Notes under the pieces: model-generated | Told to the model about the DNA's origin: nothing | The model's database searches: none | What the model saw: only the letters and a program-made list of their open reading frames with translations | Part shown: positions 63,074 to 64,000 of the stretch, one piece after another | Layout of the letters: every line of letters starts with the position of its first letter | How positions within the stretch are numbered: position 1 is the first letter of the stretch | Assembly (NCBI GenBank): GCA_017398145.1 | Contig: JAFQHD010000108.1 | Coordinates: 4,456 to 68,455 of the forward strand | Source of the DNA: Clostridia bacterium | Lineage (GTDB): Bacteria > Bacillota > Clostridia > Oscillospirales > CAG-272 | DNA length: 64,000 nt | Direction of reading: 5' to 3' | Position numbers and translations under genes: made by a program

Positions 63074-64000
63074 ATGTCCAAGAAGATTATTGCTCTTGTT
63101 CTCGCAATGCTCATGGTAGTATCCATCTTCGCAGCATGCGGCAGCAAGGACCCCGCAACAGATGGTGAAGGCACTATCAAGATCGGTCTTTCCGGTCCTC
63201 TCACAGGAGCTGCAGCAGTTTACGGTGTTGCAGTTAAGAACGCAGCAGAGATGGCTGCAGAAGAGATCAACGCCGACGGCGGTATGAACGGTATCAACAT
63301 CGAGATTCTTGCTACCGACGACGCTCACGACCCCGCAAAGGTTTCCACCAACTACTACAATATGGTTGGCGAAGGCATGCAGGTTTCTCTCGGTTGTGTA
63401 ACATCCAACCCCTGTCTCGAGTTCTGCAAGCTTTCTGCTGAGGATAACGTATTCTTCCTCACACCTTCCGCTTCCAACGATGACGTTCCCGCAGCAGACA
63501 ACGCATACCAGATGTGCTTCGCTGACGGTAACCAGGGTGGTGTTGCAGCTAACACAGTAAACAACCTCGGTCTTACCAAGATCGGTATCTTCTACAAGTC
63601 CGACGACTCCTACTCCAACGGTATCTACGAGCAGTTCAAGGCTAACCTCAACGAGGGTATCGAGACCGTAGAGGCAGTATTCACAAGTGCTAACGAGACT
63701 GACTTCTCCACACAGATCAGCTCTCTCAAGGATTGTGAGTTCATCTTCATGCCCATCTACTACACTCCCGCTTCTCTCTTTATGACTCAGGCTAAGGATA
63801 CAATGGCTGCAAACACCGTATACTTCGGTTGCGACGGCTTTGACGGTATCGAGTCTGCAGAGGGCTTTGACATTACCACCATTCCTCAGAAGGTTACAAT
63901 GCTTTCTCACTTTAACTCCAAGGCTACCGAGGGTATGGCGGCTGACTTCATCGCTAAGTACACCGACAAGTACGGCGCTGACACTCTCAACCAGTTCGGT
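63074..64000 (+). CDS. ABC transporter substrate-binding lipoprotein (LivJ/branched-chain amino-acid-binding type), 3'-truncated by the window edge
   Basis: Missing from the ORF track because it has no stop in the window. AGGAGG at 63059-63064. MSKKIIALVLAMLMVVSIFAACGS lipobox, then IKIGLSGPLTGAAAVYG typical of type I periplasmic binding proteins. The antisense ORF 63068..63910 is a shadow. Confidence 0.8.
   Translation, partial: MSKKIIALVLAMLMVVSIFAACGSKDPATDGEGTIKIGLSGPLTGAAAVYGVAVKNAAEMAAEEINADGGMNGINIEILATDDAHDPAKVSTNYYNMVGEGMQVSLGCVTSNPCLEFCKLSAEDNVFFLTPSASNDDVPAADNAYQMCFADGNQGGVAANTVNNLGLTKIGIFYKSDDSYSNGIYEQFKANLNEGIETVEAVFTSANETDFSTQISSLKDCEFIFMPIYYTPASLFMTQAKDTMAANTVYFGCDGFDGIESAEGFDITTIPQKVTMLSHFNSKATEGMAADFIAKYTDKYGADTLNQFG

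Overview
The window reads as a chromosomal segment of a Gram-positive anaerobe, probably Clostridia (Ruminococcus/Oscillospiraceae-like). Supporting signs are a PASTA kinase next to a PP2C phosphatase, the ylmE-sepF-ylmG-ylmH-divIVA-ileS-lspA-rluD block, AGGAGG-type RBSs and several textbook TTGACA-17-TATAAT promoters. Most genes are housekeeping: potA-potB-potC/D, argS, yebC, ansA, thiN, tmk, rlmN-prpC-prkC, rsgA, glnA, tRNA-Pro, pepT, rsmI, dapA, queA, miaA, the cell-division tail cluster, ileS, lspA, rluD, metG, tatD, gnd and dusB. Accessory-looking parts are:
- an ImmA/XRE repressor pair facing a small SSB-like operon (19.8-21.5 kb);
- a TetR/ABC-2 exporter unit;
- an Ltp-type lipoprotein;
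- a TetM/EF-G-like GTPase;
- a 1886-aa beta-helix/GLUG/LRR surface protein co-transcribed with a TetR;
- a LarA-like/PHP/gnd/PfkB-kinase operon.
I cannot support a self-contained new protein-encoded system such as defence or CRISPR. The unexplained signal is non-coding:
1. A two-fold symmetric array of eight covarying mini-hairpins separated by an invariant 9-mer (5943-6182).
2. A dense family of 7-nt tandem repeat (heptad) arrays coupled to hairpins at about 10 intergenic sites, including two composite copies bracketing gnd.
3. A promoter-to-terminator orphan transcript (candidate sRNA, 9787-9916).
4. A structured leader with a duplicated miaA start upstream of miaA.
5. A tRNA-Pro 5'-half copy with a 113-nt insertion, co-transcribed with the real tRNA-Pro.
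6. An in-frame TGA at an invariant Arg codon of gnd.
All calls rest on reading the sequence and recalling protein families. No database search was run.
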